Source: Methylorubrum extorquens (GTDB lineage Bacteria > Pseudomonadota > Alphaproteobacteria > Rhizobiales > Beijerinckiaceae). From it: 32,000 nt of DNA. The stretch covers positions 780,001-812,000 of the forward strand of contig LT962688.1 in assembly GCA_900234795.1 (NCBI GenBank), written 5' to 3'. The notes below the pieces were generated by a model. The model made no database searches. It was given only the letters and a program-made list of their open reading frames with translations, and was not told the origin of the DNA. Of the stretch, positions 1 to 9,359 are shown in pieces; the stretch's first letter is position 1; each line of letters begins with the position of its first letter. Both the position numbers and the translations under genes were made by a program.

Positions 1-709
1 TCAGCCCGGCGCCCGAGAGCACCGCCTCGACCAGCAGGGCGACCGGAAGCAGGGTGTCGTGCCGGTCGGTGCGAAGGGCGGCCGCCAGCGCGAGGTCGAT
101 CAGCACCGCCACCGCCGCGAGAATGCCGAGCAGGCCGAACCCCCGGCAAGCCCGCTCCCAGGCGAGCCATTGCAGCGCCGAGCCGCACCAGCCGGCGGAG
201 AGCGCTCGGTAGAGGCGGGCGCGTCGGCGATCCGGCCCCGCGGCGTCGCGCAACACCGCCAGATCTGGCAGGAGCGGCGCCGCCCACAGGCCGAGGCTCG
301 CCAGGAGCAAGGCCCCGAGGCTCACCGGATGGACCGGCACCGGATAGAGCGCAGCGAGACCCGCGCAGAGCAGGGCAGCGGTCTGTGTCAGGCGGCCGAT
401 TCCGCAGCGCCAGGCCACGCCCGCGAGTAGCAGCAGCCCCGAGATCAGCAGGCACCCCGCGGCGAGCCCGATCCACCACGCGGCGGCGGCCGGACCGAAC
501 GCGGCCGGCACGGTCGAGCGCAGACCGGCCCAGACGAGGATCGGGACGAGCGTTCCGGCAACGGCGAGCCACCAAAGGCGGCCGGCCGGCGCGAGCACGC
601 TCCCCGCGAGCGCGGCAGCGATCGAGGTGACCGTCTCGTCGGGCCCGATCACCGGCGCGCCGTAGAGGGGAACGGTCTCGGCGGCAGGTGGAAACGCGCG
701 TTCGGTCAT
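1..709 (-). CDS. Polytopic membrane protein, N-terminal ~236 codons; the gene runs off the left edge. Family not determined.
   Basis: ATG at 709-707 (reverse complement), open down to position 1. It is absent from the ORF track because there is no stop inside the window. My hand translation is MTERAFPPAAETVPLYGAPVIGPDETVTSIAAALAGSVLAPAGRLWWLAVAGTLVPILVWAGL..., followed by several further Ala/Leu/Gly/Trp-rich hydrophobic segments. Third-position GC is very high in this frame. The N-terminal motif is faintly reminiscent of NrfD-type anchors, but I cannot support that call. Confidence 0.55.
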   Translation of the reverse strand, partial: MTERAFPPAAETVPLYGAPVIGPDETVTSIAAALAGSVLAPAGRLWWLAVAGTLVPILVWAGLRSTVPAAFGPAAAAWWIGLAAGCLLISGLLLLAGVAWRCGIGRLTQTAALLCAGLAALYPVPVHPVSLGALLLASLGLWAAPLLPDLAVLRDAAGPDRRRARLYRALSAGWCGSALQWLAWERACRGFGLLGILAAVAVLIDLALAAALRTDRHDTLLPVALLVEAVLSGAGL

Positions 710-994
710 CGGCTCAACGGTCGGCCGCAGGCTGCGCGCGACTTCGATCCTGAAGGACAAAGGCGGGCGATGGTGTGTCTCGCACGGCCATCCGGTCTCG
801 TCCGAAGGGAGGGTGGGGAAGGGCGCTGCCGAACGGGATGGCTGGGAAATGCGGGAAAGGCTGGCCCTCCGCCCACGGACTCGAACGCGGATCGCCCGCC
901 ATGTGCTCTCCCGCACCAAAGAGCAATGCCGCGGCGGGAATGCAATGCGACGCGCCGGCCGCGCGGGCTTGCGCCGCGGCGTTTCCGTGCGAAG

Positions 995-1043
995 AGGACG
1001 ATCCGTGACGGCTTCCTCACGCGCCAGCCCGCCGGATCGTCCT
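995..1043. repeat. Perfect 11-bp inverted repeat (aggacgatccg / cggatcgtcct) with a 27-nt spacer, in a divergent intergenic region.
   Basis: Read directly: 995-1005 is the exact reverse complement of 1033-1043. It lies about 80 nt upstream of the ATG at 1123. Confidence 0.85.
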
Positions 1044-1122
1044 TCACAGCGCCGAAACCGTTCTCCGATGCCGCACCCCACCGCCGCGAATTCGTCGGCC
1101 ACGGCTTGGCCGGGCGCCCGGA

Positions 1123-3734
1123 ATGCCGATGGAGCGTGATCCCGTCCTGTTCGCCTGGGCCTCGTCGCCGCGTCGGCACGCGGCGGCGCTCGCGCTGGCG
1201 GTGGGCTTCGGCGGACCGCTGGCGCTGTTCGTGCTGCTGTGCCTGCGCGACCTCATCGCGGTGCTGACCCGCAGCAGCCCGGACTTCCTGCCCTTCCTGC
1301 GGATCGCCCTGCCGCTGCCGGGCCATCACGGACACGAAGCGCCGATCCTGTTCCCGGGCTGGAGCCTGCCGCCGACGGAACTGCCGCTGATCGCGCTGAC
1401 TTCGCTGGCCGCCGCAGCCCTGCTGCTGGCCGCCCTCGGGGCCGCGGTCGCGTATCTCTGCTTCTCCGTCCAGGCCCGGGCCACGGCGCGGCTGCGGGCG
1501 CGGGCCACCGAAGCGATCCTCGCCTCGCCGCCCGGTGCCCGCGAGGATCTCCGGGCGCTGCCCGGCCTCGTCGGCCAAGCGCTGGCGCGGATGGGCCCGC
1601 TCGCGGCGGTCGGCATCGTCGTGCCCGGCCTGACGCTCGCCGCGATCCTGCTGGCCCTCGTCATGGCGGAACTCGCGGCCCCGCGCCTCGTGCCGGTGAT
1701 CGCGCTTTTGCTCGCTGCCGTCGGGCTGGCGCGGGTCCTGCTCGCCAGCCGCACCGCCGCCCGGCGCAGCCTGCGCCTCGCCGACACTGCCGCGACGGAG
1801 GCGGGCCTGCGCGACCTGATCCGGCGGATGCCGGCGGTGCGCGCCCACGGGGCGGCGGCGTTCGAGCGACGCCGCCTGGGGCTGCGGGCACGGGCGGCGC
1901 GCAGCGCGCTGGTACGGGCCGAGGCCCGGCTCGCCTATGCGCGGGCCCCGGCGCTCGCGCTTGTCGTGATCCTGCCCGCCCTCCTCGTCGCCACCGCCCT
2001 GTGGCAGGGCGAGGCCGCCACGGAGGCCGACAACGTCCTGCCCGGAGCGCTGGTCGCCGCGGCCGGCGCCTTCGCTCTGGCGGCAACCCTCGTCGCGATC
2101 AGCCTGCGGCTGTGGAGCCAGTATCGGGCGGCCGCCCCGCTGTTCCGCACCATTGCCGAGACGCTCGACGCCCTGAGCCCCCGCCTGCCGGGGAACCGGT
2201 CGCGCAAGGCGGTCCCGTTCCCGGCGGCGGGCGCCCTCGTCGCGAAGGGCGTCGGCGCCTACGATCCCGGCAGCGGCGAGCGGCTGACGGGCGTCGATCT
2301 CGCCCTGCCGATGCCGGCGCATGTGGCGATCGTGGGTCACCGCGGCAGCGGATCGCGGGCGCTCGCCGCCCTGCTTGCCGGGCAGATCGAGCCCACCGCC
2401 GGCGCCGTCACCTATGGCGGCACCGACCTGCGCGCCTTCGACTCCGCCGAGCGCGCCCGGCGGATCGCGCTGGCCGGCTCGGAGGCGATCCTGATCGAGG
2501 GGACGCTGCGCCAGAATCTGCTCTACGGTGCCCGCAGCGGCGACCGCGAGGCTTCGGGGCTGGCCGAGCGCATCGCCATCCTCAAACTCACGGGGCTCGA
2601 CGCCTTCGTCTACGAGCGGGGCTTGGAAGCCTCGGTCGATCCCGAGGACGATCCCGCCACTGCCGCGGCAGTCGTCGCCGCCCGCTGGGCCGTGCGCGAG
2701 GCGCTGGCGAGCGAGGGCATGGCCCGGCTCGTCGAGCCGTTCGATCCGGCCCGCTACAACCATCAGGCCGATATCGGCGAGAACATCCTGTTCGGCGAGG
2801 CGGTGAGCCCGGCCTTCTCGCAAGCGCGGCTCGCGGCCCACCCCCTACCTGCGCGCCGTGCTGGAGGCGGAGGATCTCACGCGAACCCTGGTCGATGTCG
2901 GGCTGCAAGTGGCGCGCTCCACCGTCGAGATCTTTGCCGACTTGCCCGACGACCACCCGCTATTCGAGACCTTCTCGCTGTTTCCGGCGGCCGAGCGGGG
3001 CTATTTCGAGGATCTGGTCGCGCGCCAGCCCGAGGCCCGCGGTTTCCGGCGCGGCCCGGCCGGGCACCGCGACCGCGAGCGGCTGATCGGGCTCGCTTTG
3101 CGCTACAGCGAGACCCGCCACCGCTTCGGCCTGATCGACGAGGCGCTCGAGCAGCGTCTGGTCGCCGCCCGCCACTCCTTCGCGGCGATGCTGCCGCCGC
3201 GCTACCGCGAGAAGGTCGAGTTCTACGATCCCTCCCGGCTCACCGCCGCCGCGAGCCTGGAGGAGAACCTGCTGTTCGGGCGCATCACCCAAGGCGAAGC
3301 GGGCGCCGAGGGGCGGGTGCGCGCTCTGGTGCGCCGGGTGCTCGCCGAGCAGGGGCTGGAGCCCACCGTCTACCGGCTCGGCCTCGCGGCGCGGATCGAG
3401 GCGGGCGTGGCGGTGGCGGGCCAAGGCCAGCGCGCGATCCTGGGGGAGGGCGCCATCGGCCCGCGCGAACGGGTGGCGATCGAGTTCGTGCGCTGCCTCG
3501 TGCGCCGCCCGGACATCCTCGTGGTCGGCCTCTCCCCTCGACGACCGCAAGCCCGACGAGATCACCGCCCGGATCGAGCGCCTGCGGGCGCTGCGCGCCG
3601 GGGCGGCGCTGATCGTCTGCCTGCCCGATGAGGACACCCTGAACCGGCAGGCGCCGTTCGATGCGGTGCTGCGGGTGGAGCGCAACACGGTGGTGAGCGG
3701 CGATCCGCAGGAAACCGAGGCGGTGACCGTCTGA
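1123..3734 (+). pseudogene. ABC-type fused permease/ATPase-like protein (~869 aa if repaired), interrupted by two +1 frameshifts.
   Basis: Frame 1 ORF 1123..: N-terminal ~330 aa with multiple hydrophobic helices, then an NBD-like region (VAIVGHRGSGSRALAALLAGQIEP..., TLRQNLLYG). Protein-like sequence continues in frame 2 from ~2846 (YLRAVLEAEDLTRTLVDVG...LEENLLFG...VAIEFVRCLVRRPDILVVGLS). It then continues in frame 3 from ~3537 (LDDRKPDEITARIERLRALRAGAALIVCLPDED...TV, stop TGA 3732-3734). Both junctions sit at C-runs (ccccc 2841-2845; cccc 3534-3537). GC3 stays high in each successive frame. Confidence 0.75.
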
Positions 3735-3829
3735 GCGCTTCCCTTTCCCGCAAAACCGCCCCAAAGCTTGTGCACGATCCGGTTCCGTCGCCCGCGGGCA
3801 CTGCCGGTCGGCCTCGATCGAGACGGTGC

Positions 3830-5050
3830 ATGCTTCCCCCGAACCGCTCTCGAGGCTCTGTGAGATCCTTCCTCAGAACCTTGATTCCGGGGCTGGTCGG
3901 GTTGGCGATCCTCACCGCGTCGAACACGCTCGCCCGGGCCGACAAGGCGAATGCGCCGATCCCGGCGGCGACCCTGGCGCTGATGGCCGCGCGCGGCACC
4001 AACGCCGCCTCGCCGATCGTGCTGCGGGCCTACAAGAAGGAATCCGAGATCGAGGTCTGGAAGCGCAACGCCAGCGGGCGCTACGTGCCGATCAAGACCT
4101 ATCCGATCTGCCGCTGGTCCGGGCAACTCGGGCCGAAGACCAAGAGCGGCGACCGGCAGACGCCGGAGGGGTTCTACACGGTGGCGAAAAGCCAGATGAA
4201 CCCGAACTCGCGCTACTACCTCTCCTTCGACGTCGGCTACCCCAACGCCTACGACCGGGCGCACGGCTCCACCGGCTCGGCGGTGATGGTGCACGGCGTC
4301 TGCTCGTCGATGGGCTGCTTTGCCATGACGGATGCGGTCGCGGGCGAACTGTTCGCGATCGCCCGCGAGGCGTTCGCCGGCGGGCAGGGCGCGTTTCAGT
4401 TTCAGTCCTTCCCGTTCCGGATGACCGCCGCGAACATGGCCCGGCACCGGACCGACCCGAACATCGCCTTCTGGCGCCAGTTGAAGGAGGGTTCGGACCG
4501 CTTCGAGGCGACCGGCGAGGAGCCGGCCGTGAGCGTCGCGGGCGGCCGCTACACCTTCGCGCCCTCGCGCGATCCGGCCAAGGAGGCGGCCTTCACCGCC
4601 CTGCACAAGGACGAGACCGACCGCATCGCCGCCCTAGTGGAGGAGGGCGCGGCGGCCGTGCGCACGACCTATTCCGACGGCGGCCAGCACGCCTTCTGGG
4701 CGGCGCGGATCCTTCAGGGTCATCCGGTGGGCGATATCAGCCGGCCGGAGGCGCTGGCCTATGCCGGCCAAGAGGTCGTGCTGATCCCCGCCCGCCGCAG
4801 GGCGCCGCCACCGCCGCCCGTACCGGACGCCTTATGGGCGGCCTGGATCGGCACGGCCAGCCCGTCGCTCACCATGCGGACCGCGAGTTTCGTGCCGCCC
4901 TACGCCGCCGCGACCGCCCGCATCACGGCACCGGTCACGCGCTATGCACAGACCTGGCCGAGCCTCGCCCGCACGGCGATCGAGCGTACGCTGCCGCCGC
5001 CCGACCTCGCCCCTTCGCAACCCCCGATTGAGAAACTGGCCCAGCGCTGA
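3830..5050 (+). CDS. L,D-transpeptidase family protein (YkuD fold) with signal peptide and a Pro-rich C-terminal extension.
   Basis: Track ORF 3770..5050. The internal ATG at 3830 gives MLPPNRSRGSVRSFLRTLIPGLVGLAILTASNTLARA (signal-like). Catalytic-type motif MVHGVCSSMGCFAMTD (H...S.GC). Conserved blocks ICRWSGQLGPKTKSGDRQTPEGFY and FPFRMT. The start is uncertain between 3770 and 3830. Confidence 0.8.
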   Translation: MLPPNRSRGSVRSFLRTLIPGLVGLAILTASNTLARADKANAPIPAATLALMAARGTNAASPIVLRAYKKESEIEVWKRNASGRYVPIKTYPICRWSGQLGPKTKSGDRQTPEGFYTVAKSQMNPNSRYYLSFDVGYPNAYDRAHGSTGSAVMVHGVCSSMGCFAMTDAVAGELFAIAREAFAGGQGAFQFQSFPFRMTAANMARHRTDPNIAFWRQLKEGSDRFEATGEEPAVSVAGGRYTFAPSRDPAKEAAFTALHKDETDRIAALVEEGAAAVRTTYSDGGQHAFWAARILQGHPVGDISRPEALAYAGQEVVLIPARRRAPPPPPVPDALWAAWIGTASPSLTMRTASFVPPYAAATARITAPVTRYAQTWPSLARTAIERTLPPPDLAPSQPPIEKLAQR

Positions 5051-5241
5051 CTTGGAGCCGCTCAAAACGGCGTGTGCGAGCACGCACACAAACCCGAATG
5101 GCGGCCCCCCATCTCCGCACTGTACACTCGGAGCCTGAAGAGGGGCCGAAGAACAGCCGCGGATCCATAGCGCGGATGCGTGCGGCGGCACCACTACCAC
5201 CAGAGAAAGCCCGGCCCGAGGTCGAGCATTGGTACCGATCC

Positions 5242-6147
5242 ATGACCCTGCCATATCCAGCCAAGGACGATTCCCTCGTCCTGCGTTTCTGGGGCGTCCG
5301 CGGCTCTACGCCGGTCAGCGGCCCGGAGAACGCCGAGTTCGGCGGCAATACGCCGTGCCTGGAGATCCGCTGCGGGGAACGTCTGTTCGTGATCGATGCC
5401 GGCTCGGGCCTCGGCGCCTTCGGGCGCAACTGCTGCGAGAGCCTGCCGCAGGATATCGACCTGCTGTTCAGCCACCTGCATCTCGATCACACGGCGGGCC
5501 TGCCGTTCTTCAAACCAGCAGTTCTGGACGGAGCCCGCACGATCCACACCTATTGCGGCAACCTCGACGGGGCCAGCGCCGAGGAGGCCCTCGGCCGGCT
5601 GTTCTCGCCGCCGCTCTTTCCCGTCACGCTCGACGTGCTGCCCTGTACCTTCGCGCATCACGGCTTCCGCGCGGGCGAGCCGCTCACCTTTGCCGACGGC
5701 ATCCGGGTCGATACGATTCTGCTCGACCACCCGCAGGGATCGACCGGCTACCGCTTCGACCATGGTGGCAAGCGGCTCTGCATCATCAGCGACATCGAGC
5801 ACGGCGTGAACTGGCCCGATCCGGACCTGTGCCGCTTCGTCGAGGGGGCCGACCTCCTCGTCTATGACGGCATGTTCACGGAGGGCGAGTATCCCTGCTG
5901 CAAGGGCTGGGGCCACTCGACCTGGCAGAAGGGCGTGGAACTGGCCAAGGGCGCGGGCGCCAAGGCGCTCGCCATCATCCACCTCCATCCCTGCCATTCG
6001 GACGTGCAGTTGCGCTCGGTCGAGGCCGAGATGCAGGCCGAGATGCCCACCGCCTTCATCGCCCGCGAGCGGCAGTCGATCGAGGTGGGCCGGCCGCTCG
6101 TCGGCCTCGCCGAACCGCCGGTGGTGGCGCTGGCACGCCGGGCCTGA
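5242..6147 (+). CDS. MBL-fold metallo-hydrolase (PhnP/COG1235-like).
   Basis: Track ORF 5074..6147. Contains RFWGVRGSTPVSGPENAEFGGNTPCLEI, the HxHxDH motif (FSHLHLDHTAG) and a later HLHP. The start was chosen at MTLPYPAKDD (ATG 5242). Upstream in-frame starts at 5074 and 5176 are possible. Confidence 0.8.
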   Translation: MTLPYPAKDDSLVLRFWGVRGSTPVSGPENAEFGGNTPCLEIRCGERLFVIDAGSGLGAFGRNCCESLPQDIDLLFSHLHLDHTAGLPFFKPAVLDGARTIHTYCGNLDGASAEEALGRLFSPPLFPVTLDVLPCTFAHHGFRAGEPLTFADGIRVDTILLDHPQGSTGYRFDHGGKRLCIISDIEHGVNWPDPDLCRFVEGADLLVYDGMFTEGEYPCCKGWGHSTWQKGVELAKGAGAKALAIIHLHPCHSDVQLRSVEAEMQAEMPTAFIARERQSIEVGRPLVGLAEPPVVALARRA

Positions 6148-6280
6148 GGCGGCCCGACAGCCCGTGATCTCGGCGCCGGCCCTGTCACCTCCGGGGACGG
6201 ATCACCATGCCGAAGGAAGCATCATTACCCGGCAGGCGCGGCCCCTCTCCCAGGCGGGAGAGCGGCCGCATTCGGCACCC

Positions 6281-7771
6281 TTACAGAGCCGAGGTCGCGT
6301 TCGCCCCTTCCTCGCGGCCGATGCGGCTGTGCTTGCGGCTCCAGGCGAAGTAGATCACGAGGCCGATCGCCAGCCAGATGATGAGGCGCAGCCACGTATC
6401 GCCATCGAGCGAGACCATCATACCGAGGCAGAACAGGGCGCCGAGGATCGGCACGAACGGCACCAGCGGGGTGCGGTAGGCGCGCGGCGCGTCGGGCTGG
6501 GTGCGGCGCAGGATGACGACGCCGGCGCAGACGAGGATGAAGGCGAGCAGCGTGCCGATGCTCGTCATGTGGCCGAGTTGCGAGATCGGCAGGAAGCCGC
6601 CGAGCGCGCTCGTGAACACCATGAAGAACAGGTTCGAACGGTAGGGCGTCTTCCACTTCGGATGGATCGCCGAGAAGAAGCCCGGCAGCAGCCGGTCCTT
6701 CGACATGGAGTAGAACACCCGGCTCTGGCCGAGCAGCAGCACGAGGATCACGGTCGAGAAGCCGCAGATCACGCCGAAGGTGACGAGGCTCTTCAGCCAC
6801 GGAAAGGGCGTCGCGGCGATCGCGGTGTTCACGGGGGCGGCATCGCCGCGCATGGCTTCGTAGTGGACGAGGCCTGTCAGCACGCCCGCAAACGCGATGT
6901 AGAGCACCGTGCAGATCGCGAGCGAGCCGAGGATGCCGATCATCATGTTGCGCTGGGGGTTCTTGGCCTCCTGCGCCGCGGTCGAGACCGCGTCGAAACC
7001 GACATAGGCGAAGAACACCACGCCGGCCGCGCGCATCACGCCGCTCCAGCCATACTCGCCGAAGGTGCCGGTATTGGCCGGCAGGAAGGGGTCGTAGTTC
7101 TGCGCCTTCACGTAGAACAGGCCGACCCCGATCACGATCGCCACCACCGCGAGCTTGAGCAGCACCACCGCGCCGTTGACGCGGGCGGATTCGCGGATGC
7201 CGATCATCAGAAGGGTCGAGGCCGCCACCACGATCAGGATCGCCGGCACGTTGACGATGCCGTGCGCCAGCGTGCCGTCGGCGAGCTGGTAGGTCTCGAA
7301 GGGCGAGTGCACGAGCGAGCCCGGCAGGTTGATGCCCAAGGTATCGCGCATGAAGCGGGCGACGTAGCGCGACCAGCTCACCGAGACGGTGGCCGCCCCG
7401 ACCGCGTATTCGAGCACGAGATCCCAGCCGATGATCCAGGCGATGAATTCGCCCATCGTGGCGTAGGTGTAGGTGTAGGCCGAGCCCGCCACCGGGATCA
7501 TGCCGGCGAGTTCGCTGTAGCACATGCCCGCAAGCGCGCAGCCGATCGCCGCGATGGCGAAGGAGAGCGTCACCGCCGGGCCGGCATGCTCCGCCGCGGC
7601 GATGCCGGTGAGCGAGAACAGGCCCGCCCCGATCACCGCGCCGATGCCGAGGCCGATCAGGCTCCAGGGGCCGAGATGGCGTTCCAGCTTGTTCTCGCCG
7701 GATTCGGCGTCGGCGTTGAGCCGTTCGAGCGTCTTGATCCGGAAAAGGTCACTCGCCAAGCCTGACGCCAT
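6281..7771 (-). CDS. Amino acid permease, APC superfamily (cationic amino-acid transporter-like), 496 aa.
   Basis: Track ORF 6281..7771. Contains GPWSLIGLGIGAVIGAGLFSLTG, AGMCYSELAGMIPVAGSAYTYTY and about 12 hydrophobic segments. Confidence 0.9.
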   Translation of the reverse strand: MASGLASDLFRIKTLERLNADAESGENKLERHLGPWSLIGLGIGAVIGAGLFSLTGIAAAEHAGPAVTLSFAIAAIGCALAGMCYSELAGMIPVAGSAYTYTYATMGEFIAWIIGWDLVLEYAVGAATVSVSWSRYVARFMRDTLGINLPGSLVHSPFETYQLADGTLAHGIVNVPAILIVVAASTLLMIGIRESARVNGAVVLLKLAVVAIVIGVGLFYVKAQNYDPFLPANTGTFGEYGWSGVMRAAGVVFFAYVGFDAVSTAAQEAKNPQRNMMIGILGSLAICTVLYIAFAGVLTGLVHYEAMRGDAAPVNTAIAATPFPWLKSLVTFGVICGFSTVILVLLLGQSRVFYSMSKDRLLPGFFSAIHPKWKTPYRSNLFFMVFTSALGGFLPISQLGHMTSIGTLLAFILVCAGVVILRRTQPDAPRAYRTPLVPFVPILGALFCLGMMVSLDGDTWLRLIIWLAIGLVIYFAWSRKHSRIGREEGANATSAL

Positions 7772-7948
7772 ATCTGCCCCAACCCCCTCGTACCGGCCGA
7801 ACTCCTCTGACGGAGCGGCCGAATTCTCACACAGATGAATCGTGAAACCGGCGCGGGCGCAACGGCCTCAGGCGACATTGCGGTGCAAGGACCCGGCCAA
7901 GCTGTCACGCGAAGCGGCCGCGCCGAGGTCCGTGGCGGCGACCCCAGC

Positions 7949-8632
7949 TCACAGCGCCCAGGTGAGATCCCGGTAGGCGCTGTCCCAGAAGCCGAATTCG
8001 AGGCGGGTCGCGTGGGTGTAGGCCGCGTGCATCCGCGCGCGCAGGGCCGGGGAGGCGTCGGCGGCCGCCTCGTCGGTCGCGGCGATCATCGCGGCCACCG
8101 CCTCGCCGAACTCCTCGCCGGCATAGGTGTCGATCCAGGCGCGGTAGGGATTGTCGGGCTTGGCGCGGGCGAAGATGTCGCGGCCGACTTCGGCGTAGAT
8201 CCAGAAACAGGGAAGAAGCGCGCCGAGTACGACTTCGTAGGGCTCGGCATAGGCCGTCGCGATCAGCCACGCGACATAGTGGTCGCAAGCCGGCGAGAGG
8301 GGCGTTGCGGCAAACGTCCCGGCATCGATGCCGTATTCTTGGAAGAAGCCGCCATGCAGCGCGCGCTCGACCACGATGGCGGTCTCGGCGCCGCGGGCGA
8401 ACTGCACGATCCGGTCGGGATGCGGCGCCTTGGCGGCGGCGAGCGCCAGCGCCCGGCCGAAGCCGATGAGGTAATGCGCGTCCTGCACGATGTAGCGGCG
8501 GAACCGCTCAGGGCTCAGAGAGCCGTCCGCCAGTTCCGCGTTGAACGGCATCGTGCGGATCGCCTCAAAGGCCGCGAGATTGCGGGCCCAGGCTTCCTGC
8601 GAGAAGCGCCCGGCTGAGAGGTCTTCGGCCAA
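7949..8632 (-). CDS. tenA: TenA-family thiaminase II / aminopyrimidine aminohydrolase.
   Basis: Track ORF 7949..8632, 227 aa. Contains PFNAELADGSLSPERFRRYIVQDAHYL, LLPCFWIYAEVG and RLEFGFWD, typical of the TenA/PqqC fold. Confidence 0.85.
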   Translation of the reverse strand: MAEDLSAGRFSQEAWARNLAAFEAIRTMPFNAELADGSLSPERFRRYIVQDAHYLIGFGRALALAAAKAPHPDRIVQFARGAETAIVVERALHGGFFQEYGIDAGTFAATPLSPACDHYVAWLIATAYAEPYEVVLGALLPCFWIYAEVGRDIFARAKPDNPYRAWIDTYAGEEFGEAVAAMIAATDEAAADASPALRARMHAAYTHATRLEFGFWDSAYRDLTWAL

Positions 8633-8659
8633 GGGCGGCGCTCCGTCTTGTGAAAAGGA

Positions 8660-9349
8660 TCAACCCTGCCGCTGGGCCTGGGTCACCGCGACGTGGATCA
8701 GTTCGGCCAGCGTGCGCACCCTGAGCTTCTGGCGCATCTGCGAGCAGGCATTGGTGACGGTCTTGTAGCTGACCGAGAGGTCGGCGGCGATGGCGCCGTA
8801 GGACTTGCCCTGGGCGAGGCGCGCCAGGATCTGCTGCTCGCGCGGCGTGAGCTGCGTCTCCGGGGTGCGGCGCGGATCGGCGCGCAACATCGCGACCTCG
8901 GTGGCCAGCCGCCGGTCGAGATAGACCTCGCCCGCGCGCACCCGCTCGAACGCCTGGAACAGCTCGTTCGAAGCGTGATCCTTGAGCACGTAGCCGAGCG
9001 CCCCGGCCTCCAGCGCCCGCGAGACGATGACGGGGTCGTTGTGCATCGAGAACACGAGCACGCGGGTCTCGGGCTCGATGGCGCGCATGCGCCGGATCAG
9101 GGCAAGGCCGGCGAGGCCGCTGCCCTGGAAGGTGAGATCGCAGATCACCACCGGCGGGCGCAGGCGGTGGAAGGCGCGGTAACCGGAGACGACGCCGGTC
9201 GCCTCGACCACGGTCTCGATTCCGGCATCCTCCAGCACGCGGCGACAGCCCTGGAGGACGATCGGGTGATCGTCGATGACCAGGACGGGGGTGGCGGCAC
9301 CCTTGCTCGACGCTGCTCTCATCATGGGGCTGCTGACCGGCGCGTTCAT
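8660..9349 (-). CDS. Response regulator, NarL/FixJ (LuxR HTH) family.
   Basis: Track ORF 8660..9574. The real start is probably the internal ATG at 9349 (MNAPVSSPMMRAASSKGAATPVLVIDDHPIV), 10 nt after the kinase stop. Receiver features: DD pair, VVICDLTF, SMHNDP. C-terminal LuxR HTH: LTPREQQILARLAQGKSYGAIAADLSVSYKTV. Confidence 0.9.
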   Translation of the reverse strand: MNAPVSSPMMRAASSKGAATPVLVIDDHPIVLQGCRRVLEDAGIETVVEATGVVSGYRAFHRLRPPVVICDLTFQGSGLAGLALIRRMRAIEPETRVLVFSMHNDPVIVSRALEAGALGYVLKDHASNELFQAFERVRAGEVYLDRRLATEVAMLRADPRRTPETQLTPREQQILARLAQGKSYGAIAADLSVSYKTVTNACSQMRQKLRVRTLAELIHVAVTQAQRQG

Positions 9350-9359
9350 CGTACACGCA

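Noticed and set aside
59-630. Plus-strand ORFs 59-430 and 385-630.
   Set aside because: Both give Arg-rich junk translations. The opposite strand encodes a coherent multi-helix membrane protein with the strong GC3 bias typical of this window's real genes.
862-900. On the minus strand, a tRNA/tmRNA-like 3' end: GTTCGAGTC T-loop-like motif followed by ...GGAGGGCCA.
   Set aside because: The flanks of the putative T-loop (CCGCG / CCGTG) do not base-pair. No acceptor, D or anticodon arms can be drawn, so the resemblance is coincidental.
780-900. Possible cobalamin riboswitch (AAGGGA..GGTG, GGGAA tracts; CGAGACCGG on the minus strand resembling the B12 box).
   Set aside because: The core elements as I remember them (CCCGCAACTGTAA, GCCACTG, AGCCAGGAGACCTGCC) are absent on both strands. 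Only an Infernal scan could overturn this.
706-2841. A 711-aa minus-strand ORF, plus similar long ORFs: 5864-7765(+), 12276-14129(+), 15749-16915(+), 18997-20352(-), 20637-21794(-), 23781-25145(-), 25619-27613(+), 29677-31788(+), 2960-4606(-), 11135-12571(-), 17779-19395(+).
   Set aside because: All lie antisense to, or out of frame with, genes that have clear family motifs. Their translations are Arg/Gly/Pro/Ala-rich low-complexity strings with no motifs. Long stop-free antisense frames are expected at this GC content.
2841-3537. Programmed +1 ribosomal frameshifting in the ABC-like gene.
   Set aside because: There is no recognisable shifty-stop context or stimulatory structure of the kind known from prfB. 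Two separate events would be required in one gene. A homopolymer indel (mutation or sequencing error) is far more parsimonious.
5073-5090. Hairpin gtgtgcg-agca-cgcacac after the L,D-transpeptidase gene, considered as a terminator.
   Set aside because: It is followed by aaaccc on the + strand, with no U-tract. The TTTT lies on the wrong strand for any gene here. It was left uncalled.
7772-7948. TPP (THI-box) or glycine riboswitch in the permease leader, downstream of tenA.
   Set aside because: The gene-strand sequence has only a weak GTGAGA. It lacks the ACCTGATCTGGATAATGCCAGCG-type element and shows no glycine-riboswitch GGAGAG...ACCGAAGGGGCAA pattern.
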